Shown here piece after piece: positions 1 through 13,535 of a stretch of DNA of 64,000 nt. The translations under genes and the position numbers were made by a program. The notes below the pieces were generated by a model. That model had not been told where the DNA came from. It made no database searches and saw nothing but the letters and a program-made list of their open reading frames with translations. Numbering within the stretch: the stretch's first letter is position 1; each line of letters begins with the position of its first letter. Source of the DNA: Laetmonice hystrix (taxonomy: Eukaryota); NCBI GenBank assembly GCA_965235115.1, contig OZ249436.1:8372001-8436000 (forward strand). Reading direction: 5' to 3'.

Positions 1-1
1 T

Positions 2-367
2 CGTCGTCCTTTTTTACGAGGTACAGCCATACTTCAGCGGCTTGTTCAACAGGTTCAACAGGCGGGCAGGAAGGTCAACAACGTGCTTCCATCATTCATA
101 CTGACCCAGAATAGATTAGAAAACGAAGTTTGCTTCTTTTACAATGGACTAGAGGTCCTTGCCACTGCCATGCTTTGGTGGGTCGATATAGCTGCTGCCC
201 ACCTCAAGTTCTACGCGACCTACATTTATAAAACCATCAATGCCAGCAAAATGTCACAGCTTCCATTTGACCTTACCGTGGCCACCTGTTCAAGCCGTTG
301 GACCGAAGAGCGTATTCAAGATCAAAGAAACCAGGCTGGCTGGTATTTTTGCCAATTTCCATTTTAA
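2..367 (+). CDS. Possible 3' end of an unidentified coding exon entering from the left
   Basis: Frame 2 is open from base 2 to TAA at 365-367 (RRPFLRGTAILQRLVQQVQQAGRKVNNVLPSF...QAGWYFCQFPF*), with ordinary-looking codon usage. No family recognised. Confidence 0.3.
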   Translation, partial: RRPFLRGTAILQRLVQQVQQAGRKVNNVLPSFILTQNRLENEVCFFYNGLEVLATAMLWWVDIAAAHLKFYATYIYKTINASKMSQLPFDLTVATCSSRWTEERIQDQRNQAGWYFCQFPF

Positions 368-1286
368 ACAAAAGAAATCTGACCCATAACCTTGCAGGTG
401 GTTGTTCGGGTCAGTGCATGAATACTAACCCATATTTCAAACTCGGTCGCATTTTCCGGTCGTAGTTTCGACGGATTGCGTTACGACAATTATGTTAAAC
501 ATTCGTTCTCAACCAGACACTCAGAACCTCTTTCATTACGGCGAGTCTAGTCTTTTCCTTGCTTTTTCTCACCTCTATTTTTCTGGATTATGGAGTGATT
601 ATTTCGTATTTGGTTCAGCATTAGTACCACTGATGACGAATGAAGTTCACCATGATACGGCTGACTCGTTCACTATGATACGACTGACTCATTGAATGGT
701 GGATTAAGCAACCTTTATTAGATGGCCGTTAAGGTTGCCACTGGTGATTGCCCGTGGTTCATTCTCTGGGCAACCTTTGTGAAGACTGACCTAAGAAAAC
801 AAAATCAGAGATACCACAACATAAAGGTCTTTGTGATCCATCCGGTATTAACCTGTAATCTGCCTGGAGATCGGCCAGCTGCATGTTGAACGTTATTGTT
901 GACATTTGATTGAGGTCCAAAGGTTCAGTCACCTCTTATAAATCACCGCATGGACATAGTCTGTGTAAAATACCGGGGAACACGGAATGTGTGTTATCTA
1001 TGTTCGCACTTTGTCTGAGGAGATTCAAAGATTATGCAGGTCTGAATTCGTCCCGGGTTCGCATCCGACAGACAAAATAGGTCTGGGTCTAGATTACCTC
1101 TTTATCTCTTTATCGAGCCACTCAACAACGATTGTGATCATGCCACAAAGTGGTCACCAAAGTGTAGACCTGCTTGCTCAGAGAGGCTATACAGGTTCGC
1201 CTCATGGCTCATACAAAATCTAAAGAAATCGTCAAAAGGTCCCTTTTCGTTTTGGAGTCATGTGCAACCGTCTTGGGAAGCTACCA

Positions 1287-2706
1287 GTTACAGGCCCTCC
1301 GGTGTATAATTATGCCCCTCCCTCCCTCAGTAACCTGTTACAGGCCCTCCGGTGTATAATTATGCCCCTCCCTCCCTCGTATCATAGTGAACTATGGAAT
1401 ACTCTGGATGCAGAACTCACACTTATTGATACCAAAGGAAAATTTAAGTCAAGTATAAAACAGACATTTAAGAACCCGTATTTATAGATTCACACTACAT
1501 TCCATCTCATTATCACAACATTATTACATGTACGCATATAGTGTAAGTGCCATGCCTTTCCGATGAGATAGAATTGTAATCGAGAGTGGGGGAGGGTGGA
1601 AGATCATCATTACGATGAACCCTCATACCCAAAATAAAAATTACCTAAAAAAAAAAAAAAAAAAAAGTAACCTGTTACAGGCCCTCCGGTGTATAATTAT
1701 GCTCCCTCCCTCCCTCAGTAACCTGTTACAGGCCCTCCGGTGTATAATTATGCCACTCCCTCCCTCCCTCCCCCAGTAACCTGTTACAGGCCCTCCGGTG
1801 TATAATTATTCCCCTCCCTCCCTCAGTAACCTGTTACAGGCCCTCCGGTGTATAATTATGCCCCTCCCTCCCTCCCTCCCTCAGTAACCTGTTACAGGCC
1901 CTCCGGTGTATAATTATTCCCCTCCCTCCCTCAGTAACCTGTTACAGGCCCTCCGGTGTATAATTATGCCCCTCCCTCCCTCAGTAACCTGTTACAGGCC
2001 CTCCGGTGTATAATTATGCCCCTCCCTCCCTCAGTAACCTGTTACCGGCCCTCCGGTGTATAATTATGCCCCTCCCTCCCTCAGTAACCTGTTACAGGCC
2101 CTCCGGTGTATAATTATGCCCCTCCCCCCCTCCCTCCCTCAGTAACCTGTTACCGGCCCTCCGGTGTATAATTATGCCCCTCCCTCCCTCCCTCAGTAAC
2201 CTGTTACAGGCCCTCCGGTGTATAATTATGCCCCCTCCCTCCCTCAGTAACCTGTTACAGGCCCTCCGGTGTATAATTATGCTCCCTCCCTCCCTCAGTA
2301 ACCTGTTACAGGCCCTCCGGTGTATAATTATGCTCCTCCCTCCCTCAGTAACCTGTTACAGGCCCTCCGGTGTATAATTATGCCTCCTCCCTCTCTCAGT
2401 AACCTGTTACAGGCCCTCCGGTGTATAATTATGCCCCTCCCTCTCTCAGTAACCTGTTACAGGCCCTCCGGTGTATAATTATGCTCCTCCCTCCCTCAGT
2501 AACCTGTTACAGGCCCTCCGGTGTATAATTATGCCTCCTCCCTCTCTCAGTAACCTGTTACAGGCCCTCCGGTGTATAATTATGCCCCTCCCTCCCTCAG
2601 TAACCTGTTACAGGCCCTCCGGTGTATAATTATGCCTCCTCCCTCTCTCAGTAACCTGTTACAGGCTCTCCGGTGTATAATCATGCCCCCTCCCTCCCTC
2701 AGTAAC
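1287..2706. repeat. ~50-bp minisatellite (about 22 units), interrupted by a LINE fragment
   Basis: Unit CAGTAACCTGTTACAGGCCCTCCGGTGTATAATTATG followed by a variable (CCCT)n tract. Two units at 1287-1378, about 20 at 1667-2706. Confidence 0.97.
1379..1666 (+). mobile_element. 5'-truncated non-LTR retrotransposon (CR1/L2-group-like ORF2 end, 3'UTR, poly(A))
   Basis: Encodes SYHSELWNTLDAELTLIDTKGKFKSSIKQTFKNPYL* (stop ends 1487), resembling the LWNxL...FKxxLK C-terminus of CR1/L2-group ORF2. AATAAA at 1633-1638 and A20 at 1647-1666. It splits a repeat unit at CCTC|AGTAAC. Confidence 0.75.
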
Positions 2707-5700
2707 AGTCATGTGAATTAAGGAATGATTAACATAAATCTATGTCGGCATATTCCGTGGTGAGAGACCACCAGACGGCCGAGTTTGACATGATTCACGG
2801 CCGAGTCAAAAGGTCATTAATGTACTTGACTCCAAGTGTTCACCCCTCCACCCACTCTAAGTCTGCCCATAATCGCCTACTCGCTCTCTGAGGATAATAA
2901 ATTAAAAATAGCTATGGTCACAGTTTGATGGATGTCTACTACTGCCCATATCCGGTGGGAGTATACGGTACTATACATATAATTATATAAGTTTGCAGAG
3001 TCGCTGCTGGGACCTGGGGGTCTGCAACCCCGAGGGTCTACCGCCGGAACCGAGTGTTTAGGCCATCATCATAACGTTGATTAGACGTTTGAAACTACGG
3101 AAACGTTATATAGGAGCATAATACATTCTCACAATTATCCTGGTGAACCAGGAAAATAATGGAAATGCAATACGTTTCCTTATCATTATGTCAGTGCGTC
3201 ATAATGTAGCAGTCGGATTTCATCAAAGTAACCGTTTATCAATTGATCAATATGTCCCGTGCAAACAGGAAATATAACTTCCTCTTTCGACATCCAGCCC
3301 CATCAGACAAAAGTCAAATGAGACCTAAAAGGGTCGGTCTATCTCTCTAAATGTAGGCCTACATATATAACGATAACGAAACGAAAACATCCAGCTTCTA
3401 AACTGGCTAGAAAGGACAGAGGCCTATATCTTAATTAAGGAATGGCTCAGCATACAGTGTCAAATAATTATACTGTTTATCTGACCCAGGAAGGTGTGCA
3501 ACAAACATCGGTCAATGGAGGAAGGTATAGCTGGTCAACTGAGAGGAGTGCCATCATAATCTCCCATTCTAAAGGGATCACCTGCTTATCGACTGGATGG
3601 CTCGAACGGTCCCTTGGTTGTAGTGGAGGCGTTGTGGCCGCCAGCACTTGTCCCAACAAGCCTGGAGTCGAGAGATCGCATGTCGAATTCCATATAGGCA
3701 CGCAGGGTATAGTCTGCCCGTGAGTAGACTATGATGAATGGTTTGACATGAGTTGTTGAATGATGGTGGCCCAGTATGGTGGCTATATCTGGTGGAATAC
3801 ATAACCTTATATCTGAGAACGCATGCACTGTTTAGTATGCCAACGATGGTTTTATCTTTGGTATAGTACATGTATTTGATATAAATTGAATTAATTTTTA
3901 AGACAATAATTTACGACCGGAGACCCCTTTCCTGTCTTAACCAAGAAAAAGTTGGGGGCTAGGCGGGATGAAGCCAGGGGGCCCGAGATGGACCTTGCTC
4001 CCAACCTCAACCCAAACTTACATACCGTATAAGTATGCTTGGCTGCCGCCTGCCGGACCCCCCCCCCCCCTCTCAGAGTATCCCGGCTATACACTCCTGG
4101 CTAACTTGCCTCCCTTCTTCGTTGGGAGGCCACGATTTTGGAAACAGTGTCCAAAGGGGAAAGTGTCGAAAATCTTAGAGTCGTCATATCGAGAAAAACG
4201 GTTCCCAGATGAGGTGTCGACTTCTGAGACCTCTGCGCCCCCTGAGATCCGGTCCTGGTCTCCCCTAACGTAGAGAACCTACAGGGCCCAGACAAACGCT
4301 GTCGGATCACCTTCCGAGGAGCCTTGGGTCCAATTACTGAATGCATCACTGAGGAGCACAGGAGACGGGCATTGTTTGCCCTTGGGGCTGAGTACATCGT
4401 CACCCTACGGCGACATTGAAGTGGCATTGAAACCCATGGCTATACTCTGCTGAGTGGAAATACTACCTGTCCTTTTCCGTCTGTCAGTGTCCTAACAAAC
4501 AGACCTGCCCGTGTGCATGTACCTTCATGTGAAGACCATGGGAGAAAGTCGACCTGGTGTTTGCTCGTAACACCGACGTCAGATCCCTCCGCTGACAGGT
4601 ATACAAACGTTTGGCACTGACTGAGGTAGTATTAGCCAAGGACAGGCAGCATAATGTCATGTGTAATAGAGAGAACAAGCACTGCTCTGTGGGGTTGTTA
4701 AAACATTAATGTCGTGTTTACTTACATTTGGTGAACTTTTTTAGATCCATTGAATGTAAAACAGTTCAGTGATTTAGGAAAAGTAGATCCCAAAACCAAT
4801 AACGATGGACATTATAATTACTGGGACACCGTTGGGAAATTTGCGCAGGCCTGCAATCTTGTCAACAAAGTTTCCACTCATGGAGGTTTGGACGATATAA
4901 TTGATCGCTATTTGCTGAGATGTCGGAGTAAACATAGCTGCAGGCTGTTTCATAGGCGAGTAAGGAATGTACCTGAGCATAAAAGTGTATGAATATAATA
5001 TAAATACGGCGGTTAACAGGTCAACGCGTGAGCCGCATAACAGGCGATGATTCGCCTCTGGAGGGTAAGATTCCATCTCTGATCCTTAAGACCAGTCTGC
5101 AGTTTCTATATAGGTGTGGTGGTAAGGGGTGTGCTGTAACCCCCCCCCCCTCCCAAGTATAAGTTCCGTACATCAGGTGGGAAGCAGTATTCACCATGTT
5201 ACTTGGGTCCCGCTGAACCATGGTAAACTTGGCGTGCGTTAAAAATCCAATTGAAGAATTTAACTGGAGGTTGTGAGACGGACCCCAGATTTTGACGTGA
5301 TGTTGTTTATAACAGAAATGACGTGGCCTCTCTACCTACCAGTACCAGAGTGTTCTAAACATAGGGCTACTATGGCTGTGCTTATTGTTTCATCTCGTTA
5401 TCAATTTGAGACGATGGGAAACAAAAATGTGCAATGGAAGAACTAACATCTGGGAGGGATCCCTTAGCCCCCATTCTACTTGCCATGGAGAGCTGTCGGC
5501 AGGCAGTTCGATGCCCGTTTCTATGGCTACATCTGGCCTAAAAAGGTGTTCCCGGATCCTTTCTCCAGCCTGTCGTTCTGTTTTCATCATGTTTCCGTGA
5601 CACCCCCCCCCCCCCGTCTATGACCAGCTTCCTGGTGATCAGGACTACAACACGGTGCCTGCATAGATAACAGGACTTCAATGTGGCTATTTCAAGTGGC

Positions 5701-8496
5701 GCTGACCTCAAACATTTCATTCCAAACTGTTGTAATTCGCCACATGTTGTACAGCGCTTCCAATTGTTTTGAAGAAACAAGAATTTGGCTCTTCAAATGC
5801 CGTGATAACATCTAGTATAAGATTGTGTGGAGAAAAAGGTACAGGCATGTTCAATTTACCATCTCTCCTTCAGAGGGAATCGAGGTCAATTCGTGTCGTC
5901 TTGTACTCGTACACCCTTCTTTGGCATTGTACATATTAATTAGCATAAGCAAACATAATGACACTTTGGCGCATTATACCAAGTTATACTAATACCAGTC
6001 TGGGAATGTCAATATACTTTATATAATTGCATCAACAGACAAAGCTGTAACAGAACTATGCGGTAATGGCGAAGGACCTTGCTTGAAATAAACGGTAAGA
6101 ATGCTTTCTATATACTGCAGTCTGAACGCCAGGCATCCAGCACTCATGCATGCTAACCTTCCCTATCTGTCTCTCCTATCTGTAGTTCGTCCTCTGGCGA
6201 GTAATTTACCATTTGTGCAAGACGGGTTGACGTGGGAACTACTCTGCCGTAGATCTACATAACGTCTTCTGACCTACCCCACCTTTCTGTGTGTGACGTC
6301 ACTTCACGACAGCAGTGCCCCTGGCCCTGGGTCTGATTAATTAGGTCCCTGGCTGACTTCACTGTTCAGGTCATCTGGCTCGACAGAAATGCTTTCTAAA
6401 CTGCCCAATCCGAACATTGAGGGTGTAATTTTTCAGGGTCGAGTTCCCCCTGGTGAAGACCCTGTATCAATCCTCCACGGATGGGGCCGAGGTTGCGTTC
6501 CCGGAAGTACTATCTGCATGATTAAAACATGACAAGCGGAAATAATGGATGCCGTTTCCAGATACAGGGTTCTCCCCGGACCTGGCGTTCAGTAAAATAT
6601 CCACTAATTGAGCGGCACCAGCAGGGTGGTGGTGACAACTGGCTTGTTGCCTGGCCTCTGGCCTCCTTTATATTCAGACACGCATACCAGTGAGCGACCA
6701 CCTAGATGAGGATGAGGTTGGAAAAAAAGGAAAACGAAATACATTGTACACCGTGTCGGTCAACATCCTACTTTTAAAAAAGGAAGCAGCGCTAAAAAAA
6801 ATACGGCAGGAGAAAGTGTGTCAACTGGGAACACATTATCGCCTAGCTTAATATAATGTGTCTCCTGAGTAGTTTGGGGTTCAGAAATGATAACTTCTGA
6901 TTAAAGTAGTCCTACATTCAGCAGTGTCTCGTTGCGAATCATTCCCGCCCATCAATGGCCTCCTTCAAAGCTTAGGAGGACAGCTGCATTTCTAATGTAT
7001 CACCTAGATTAGCTGCATGTCGACCTTTTGACAATATGCTGATTCAGAAAGGCGTTTGTCGCACAATGAACTCAGGAAATAAGCCAGTCCGTATGCTACA
7101 GGTAGTTATAGGACAACAGAAAACATTCTTAGTTACTGAGTTCAACTTCAAGTCCGTCGATATGGTATTTGCAGTCAAAAACCAACATAGATATGGCCAG
7201 AACCTTTCTCAATATCTTCCGTGTGATTTATCTACATTTTAAAGTAATAACTAGGCCAGACGTGACACTGACAGTGTTTGTGTGGTGACCATCGATTCAT
7301 CCGTGCAGACATGCCCGTAGGTTGTACCCTCTGGTTGCACCTAATGACATGCGTCTAATTGGTGCGGGTTAATTTATCCGAAACCCTTATTGTCCAGCTG
7401 TTCACAGTCATAAGTCTAAGTGAAAACCAAGTAAATTGAAGTTGATGTTCATTTGCCTGATGTTCAATCACAATATTCAATAGGGGTTATTAGGTCTGCT
7501 ACAACGTGCATGTCTATAGAAGACACTTGGTGCCGATGCTTGTATTTTTAGTGTCGTTCCGTTCCGCTATGGTGAGTCATTGGTTGTCCAATAGAGGAAA
7601 ACCTTGTCCTATGTATTAGTAACATTCACATTAACTGTTCCGACCTTACTACATGTAATGATTTGGTCCACGGCGGAAAGATAACAAGGCCTTAATTACC
7701 ATCCACACTGCCAGGGTGACATTTAGTACAAAAGTACAGGGCGCCATGTACCGGCAAATTCCACACTCGTCCGCCACAACTTAAAGGGTCATACACTGGT
7801 CCGCCCTGCTGGCTGATTCGGAAGATGAACCGATGAATTTTATTGGCTTTCCAAGTCAATGCCAGGTCAACAAACAGCCATGAGACGTTCGCTTCATGGC
7901 GACAGCAGGCAACTGTATGGAATGTTGATTTTCATTAGATTTCTCCAGTTGTGTGGGTATACATTTATTGATTTATCCAGTCTAAGGCCTTATCTAACCT
8001 AACAGCCCATGTCCACTTTTTGGGGTCTCTGAAATGAGAACTACTGGGTGATTCCTTTAATGTATTCGAGTACTTACAAAATCAGGTATTTCCTATTTCT
8101 GATTACTACGGCCAACGATACTCGTACACCAGAGTGTTTGAAAAGTCGAAACACACCATGCCATGTACACTCCCACGCATGCACACGTTATAAAGGTCAT
8201 AAAGATCCCAGGATATTTTAATCGATCCTGTTCGCCAGGTTTAATCCCTCTTGGTGGAGGAATGGCGTCACACTGGTGTGATCCTTGAACTTGATTACGT
8301 GTTGATTACAGAGGCGGTGGTTTTTGATCTGTTCTTCATTACCGGCAGGGTGTGAGGAAGTGGTCGGAGGGAGGTATAGGGAGACGTGTAACTGTTCTCG
8401 TAGATCCTGTTCAGTGATCCGCCAGGGTTACAGTGTTTAATCCCCATGACATCACCGACCATTACGATAACGTCATTACACACATGCATGGATTGT

Positions 8497-9072
8497 ATTC
8501 TATTAAAGTATATTATCTGTTATATCAGTATCCTATTAAAGTATCTTATCTGTTATATCAGTATCCTATTAAAGTATATTATCTGTTATATCAGTATCCT
8601 ATTAAAGTATATTATCTGTTATATCAGTCTCCTATTAAAGTATATTTATTATCTGTTATATCAGTATCCTATTAAAGTATCTTATCTGTTATATCAGTAT
8701 CCTATTAAAGTATATTATCTGTTATATCAGTCTCCTATTAAAGTATATTTATTATCTGTTATATCAGTATCCTATTAAAGTATATTATCTGTTATATCAG
8801 TATCCTATTAAAGTATATTATCTGTTATATCAGTATCCTATTAAAGTATATTATCTGTTATATCAGTATCCTATTAAAGTATATTATCTGTTATATCAGT
8901 ATCCTATTAAAGTATATTATCTGTTATATCAGTATCCTATTAAAGTATATTATCTGTTATATCAGTATCCTATTAAAGTATATTATCTGTTATATCAGTA
9001 TCCTATTAAAGTATATTATCTGTTATATCAGTCTCCTATTAAAGTATATTATCTGTTATATCAGTCTCCTAT
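8497..9072. repeat. 33-bp AT-rich minisatellite, ~17 units
   Basis: Unit TATCCTATTAAAGTATATTATCTGTTATATCAG with a few variant units; explains the YYLLYQYPIKV ORFs. Confidence 0.97.
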
Positions 9073-10446
9073 GATTCTCAGGCCCACCCTGTAGGAGCGG
9101 CTTGGTTCCTAAAACTTGATAGAAAAAAGGTCATATTGGTAAAGTAACTTATTCAGAGCTATTGACTAGATATCATCAGTTGGTTATATACATGTAGTTT
9201 ACTCAGCAGCAGGTTCGCCTTGATTGTTGCAGAATGTGTCTCAGCCTTCCTAAAAAGGAATTAGGCCTACATGATCGCTTGATCCAAGCACATACGTGCT
9301 TTATAGTTGAAAAATGTAAACAATACCGTCTGAACATTTCGATATGGGGCGGGTATTTTTCCACTGGTTAGCATTTTGTAAGGTGTATCATATAACATGG
9401 ACCAAGAACTTGAGGACCCTCACCACGGGGTACCAACCTCTTTACGAGTGGAGAAAAAGTGTTATTGAAAACATACGCTTAACGTGTAATCATCATACCA
9501 GCTAAATATCATACGTTTTTGAATGCAATTATAACGCAGTTCAAAAGGTGTGTTGACAGGTCACCTGTCTGACCTGATTCATCATAGTTCATTCACGTAA
9601 GCTTAAATTAAAGTAAATTCCAGCAAATAAAAACAGCACCTCAGGTAACGTCATTGTTCGAGTATTGTTTGCCGCGCGTCGTCCGTCCGGCAGGAAGCAG
9701 ACGGGGGTGGGGGGGATTCCTCGGCTGAGGGGGGGGGGGTCCCTGGGGAGGGGTCTGGGGGAGGTTTGGGAGGGGCTTGAGTAGTGTTCGGCGCCAGCAC
9801 ATGTCATAACGAGGTCAATAACAACATGTTGGCCCACTTCTGTCTACCTTCACAGACGTGGGTATCATGATGGCTTTCAATCTGCACGGTGCACCTGTCA
9901 ATGGTCCATTGGTGGGTGCACACAGTGGTCCATTGGTGGTTGCACACAGTATATTGGTATTACATTATGGTGACACATGCCACCAGGGGAGATAATTACA
10001 ACCATTGCCATCCGACGTAGTCATTCGTAATCTGTTTAACACACCTCATGTAAACATTTCCGTTCTGCTTCTCCGAGTTAACTCTTTGGATGACACCTAT
10101 TTTATTTGGTTGGCGACTGACCAAACTCAGTTTAGAACATAATGGCACCACGTGACCGCCATGGCTATTCATTCCGTGTCACAACAGAATTTCGTACGAC
10201 AGATTTCCTGCCCAACCTTTGGGTGACACGAACGTTCAGGCAATGGGAACAGTAGGTTTGGGCACTGCACTGTAATTTGGGTGGTCGGATGGGTGTCAAG
10301 GGGGGATGCCCCTTCCACCTCCAGATAAATAGGTCCCTGACATTCTATAATTAGTTTTAAAGCCATTGATAAGGCCAGCTCGTAAAGACAAGACCAATGG
10401 CCCATGACACGGGTACGGCGATTACGTCGTGTCTGTTTTATCTCGT

Positions 10447-10542
10447 TACCACTCCATGCACGGTCCCTGCAGAACGCCTCGATGTTCGTAAAGCTACCAC
10501 TCCATGCACGGTCCCTACAGAACGCCTCGATGTTCGTAAAGC
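10447..10542. repeat. 48-bp tandem duplication
   Basis: TACCACTCCATGCACGGTCCCT(G/A)CAGAACGCCTCGATGTTCGTAAAGC present twice. Confidence 0.9.
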
Positions 10543-10835
10543 GTCCACTCTAAGCTTTATCTCGTATAGTGCTGATAGGAATATGAACTATGTGATCGGG
10601 ATAAGATTACCCTAGATATCGTAGGGCAGGATATGTTATCTACTATACGAAACTAGTTCAACTACATCCAGGATGTATGCGGCGTCCTGCTATGCATGAA
10701 GTTGACCTTATGAACCAGGGATGAGCCAGAAAAAGAGCTCTGAGCACAACGATTGGGCCTACCACGGCCGGGTGGTAATTTGGGGAGGTGGGGAGGTGGG
10801 AAACCATAACAAGCATGAGAAGGTACGCCGCTTAC

Positions 10836-11045
10836 CTTGGTCTTGCTCGGACTCCTATCGCCCTGACGCTTGTCACTGGCGCCAGGTTCCTTGGATTTGG
10901 ACACATCCACAGTAGTTTGGGCGTCTCCATGTTCCTTGGCCTTTTCTGTGTTGTTATCATCCGCTTTGGTAGGAAGGTAAGGCTGCTTGTCAGGGTCCTC
11001 CCCTCCCTTGCCTTTCTTGCCCTTCTTGGACAAGCACGCGCCCAT
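10836..11045 (-). CDS. Probable first coding exon of a lipid-anchored protein (N-myristoyl Gly2, candidate palmitoyl Cys4, polybasic); downstream exons not identified
   Basis: ACATCGTAAAC-ATG GGC; MGACLSKKGKKGKGGEDPDK...SPSKTK (70 codons) ends exactly at a consensus donor AAG|GTAAGC (10836/10835). MGxxxS myristoylation consensus; GC/CpG-rich upstream region 11050-11550. Confidence 0.7.
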
Positions 11046-13069
11046 GTTTACGATGTGTGGGTCGGCTCTCCCTGGAAGTCTCCCACGACCACTGGTCCGG
11101 CTGGCTATACGTACTCCTCACACACGTCTATCACCACTGTTCACAGTGCCTCGCCTGTCATCAGTCGATCTCCCCCGATTACAGTCCAACCCCGGCAGCG
11201 TCGTTTGCGCCGCATAAGCGTCGACAGGTTGGCGTATACCGCTGGAAGATAAAAACACAGTTATCAACGGGCCCGGGGACGCACAACGACTGGGAGCAGA
11301 CGACTGTTGAGCAAAAGCCCGCGTGTTCGCGCCCGACCCGACACCAACGGACCACAGCGGCGGCGGTGTCGATGCGAGTGACTGATTATCTCGTGGTCGG
11401 TGAATGGTGGAGTGCTATTGTCCCCGCGTCACCGGGCGGCGAGGTTGCGACGCTCCGCCGCACTCGGCAGCCGGGGGGACCGGGCTGGTATCTTTTAGGC
11501 CAAGCCACGGAACATTTCACGCTGCGCGCGCACTATGGGGGCAAGCATGGAAAGAAACTCTCGACATAATCCACCTATAGGGTCTACCTATATCTGAGCA
11601 CCACTTAGACCCTAATGTGGTCGTTAGAGATCTGGAGTAGATGTAAATGAGCACATTCAGGGAATTTGCTGAAATTACGTTGGTATATATTTACACCTTC
11701 TTTTGTCTTTTTTTTTCTTAGCCATATATGCCGAAGTTTTCCAGGCAATGTACGCATGGAATTTTTCTATTTGTTTCCTGTTGGCTGGGAACAGGACTTT
11801 GACGAATTATTCGCACTGTGCTAAAACGTTTAGAAAATGTAAGAGTCATGCACGTAACAAACCCGTAAAAAAATAAAACCCAGCGCATAAGTTTTCAATA
11901 AGAAAAAGTACCATATTTTATTTCGAACATTCGTGATGTAGTGGGTGCCGTAGACTACAGATGTCATTACAGTTACGTTAGTTTACTTTTAGACAACTGA
12001 CTTTTTAACGACCTCATTTACGGTTAGGAATAAAGTACTTTCATTCATTTGATTAGTCACTCTTCCATGTCCACTGTGGTAGGTAAACAACCATGGTAAA
12101 CACGTTCTACTCTGCCCATATTTGGTTCCAGTCGGATCGATACATTAATTATAGGAGATATGTCAACAGAGCATTCACTTATGTCATGGAATATATTATG
12201 TGTTTTATATCACGCTCACTCAGCCCTAGAAAAAGATGGACTCTATATGGGATTATCTGCGACTTGTCAGATATGCTGGTACTACTTATCTGATATACAT
12301 GTATGAACATTCTATGAATACTTCCATCAAGCCATAAATGATGCAATTAGAACTCCATGGATATAATACTGTTTCAAACTGGCCACGCGATTTATGCTCC
12401 GGGTAGGTTTCCATGCAATATCCATTACTGTGCATGGTTAGCCCTGACAGACCGAGACTTGTGTCGTGTACACGTTAACATGCAAGAGACAGCTTGACAT
12501 TGATAACCCGAGTGGTATGAGAGTATGGTATTAAAAAAAGTAACAAGAAACAGCTGTCAAATTAAGTGTTGTTCAGTTGGCATGCATCATGATGGACCAA
12601 AGGCAATCTGGTGCCAACAAACCGGCCTACATAAGTGCTGTTCACAGTTGTCTGTTCCTTAACTTTCCATTCCACTCAGAACTATTCAAATACTTTCTGA
12701 AGGTCAAAGACGTCGTCATGCAGTTTTCACAAAGGGTTCTTACGTCAAAATGAATGTAGGGCGACGAATCCAAGGGATCGCCTTACATTACGTTTTACAC
12801 CGTGAATTGTGGTCCGCAATACCGCCTGGCGAAAATGTTAAACGCATTTTATAATCAGTAGCCTTAACTACCAGGCCGCACTGTGATTGGCTAGCCTCTC
12901 GGTAAATACGAGGCCAAGCATATCGGAACAAACTTTACGGAGACCATGTACCATGTCGGACGTCCAGAGACCACAACAGCCGGGACACCTTCTCCCGTAC
13001 CTGATGACACTGTGTGTCCCACACAATAGCAACAGGTTATGATTTTCGTAAATTAATATGACTTGTATG

Positions 13070-13165
13070 CAGTGGCGTACCGGGGGGGGGCTTGGGGTGC
13101 TCAAGCACCCCCGTCAATTTGGTTATTTCCAGCACCCCCTGGTCCCCTTCCTGGGTACGCCACTG
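13070..13165. mobile_element. Small hAT-like MITE
   Basis: TIR CAGTGGCGTACC / GGTACGCCACTG, flanked on both sides by TGTATG (6 bp). Confidence 0.75.
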
Positions 13166-13535
13166 TGTATGTGCTTTTGGAATAGCCAGTTTTTAGCTTT
13201 TCGTATTATATACGGGTGTGGGAACTCCCCCAACTTGGATTATTTGTTACCACGTTATAAAGTGTATTTCTGCTGTCAGAAAAAGGACTTATCATTTTTA
13301 AAGAGACCTCTTTGCCAATTGGTTTGGAGAGATTATTACTCACCCAACTATACCTAGCCCCTCCCCCCCAGGGTCTACTTCTCGTCTGACGTGCACTGAA
13401 CTGAACATTATAAGAGTAGACAAATGTGCTAGTTAGCAGAGAGAAACATATATAGCCCCGTTTCCTTACATCTGGAATACGATATGCCTATCAATGCCTG
13501 ATGAAGCGACCTTTAGTTGGTTTAAGGACACATTA

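Noticed and set aside
1667..2706. CRISPR-like pattern (constant ~37-bp partly palindromic repeat with variable gaps)
   Set aside because: Gaps are only (CCCT)n length variants, not unique spacers; eukaryotic context and no cas genes.
3586..5264. Phase-compatible chain of four minus-strand exons (KFFNWIF...YIPYSPMK...EGSDVG...VYSRADY...PSSR*)
   Set aside because: Donors are weak, the product resembles nothing I know, and phase matches are easy to obtain by chance.
5390..5780. KTERQAGERIREHL and CTTCG resemble a Penelope GIY-YIG endonuclease
   Set aside because: Motifs are in different frames and too far apart, with no GIY/YIG core or reverse transcriptase nearby.
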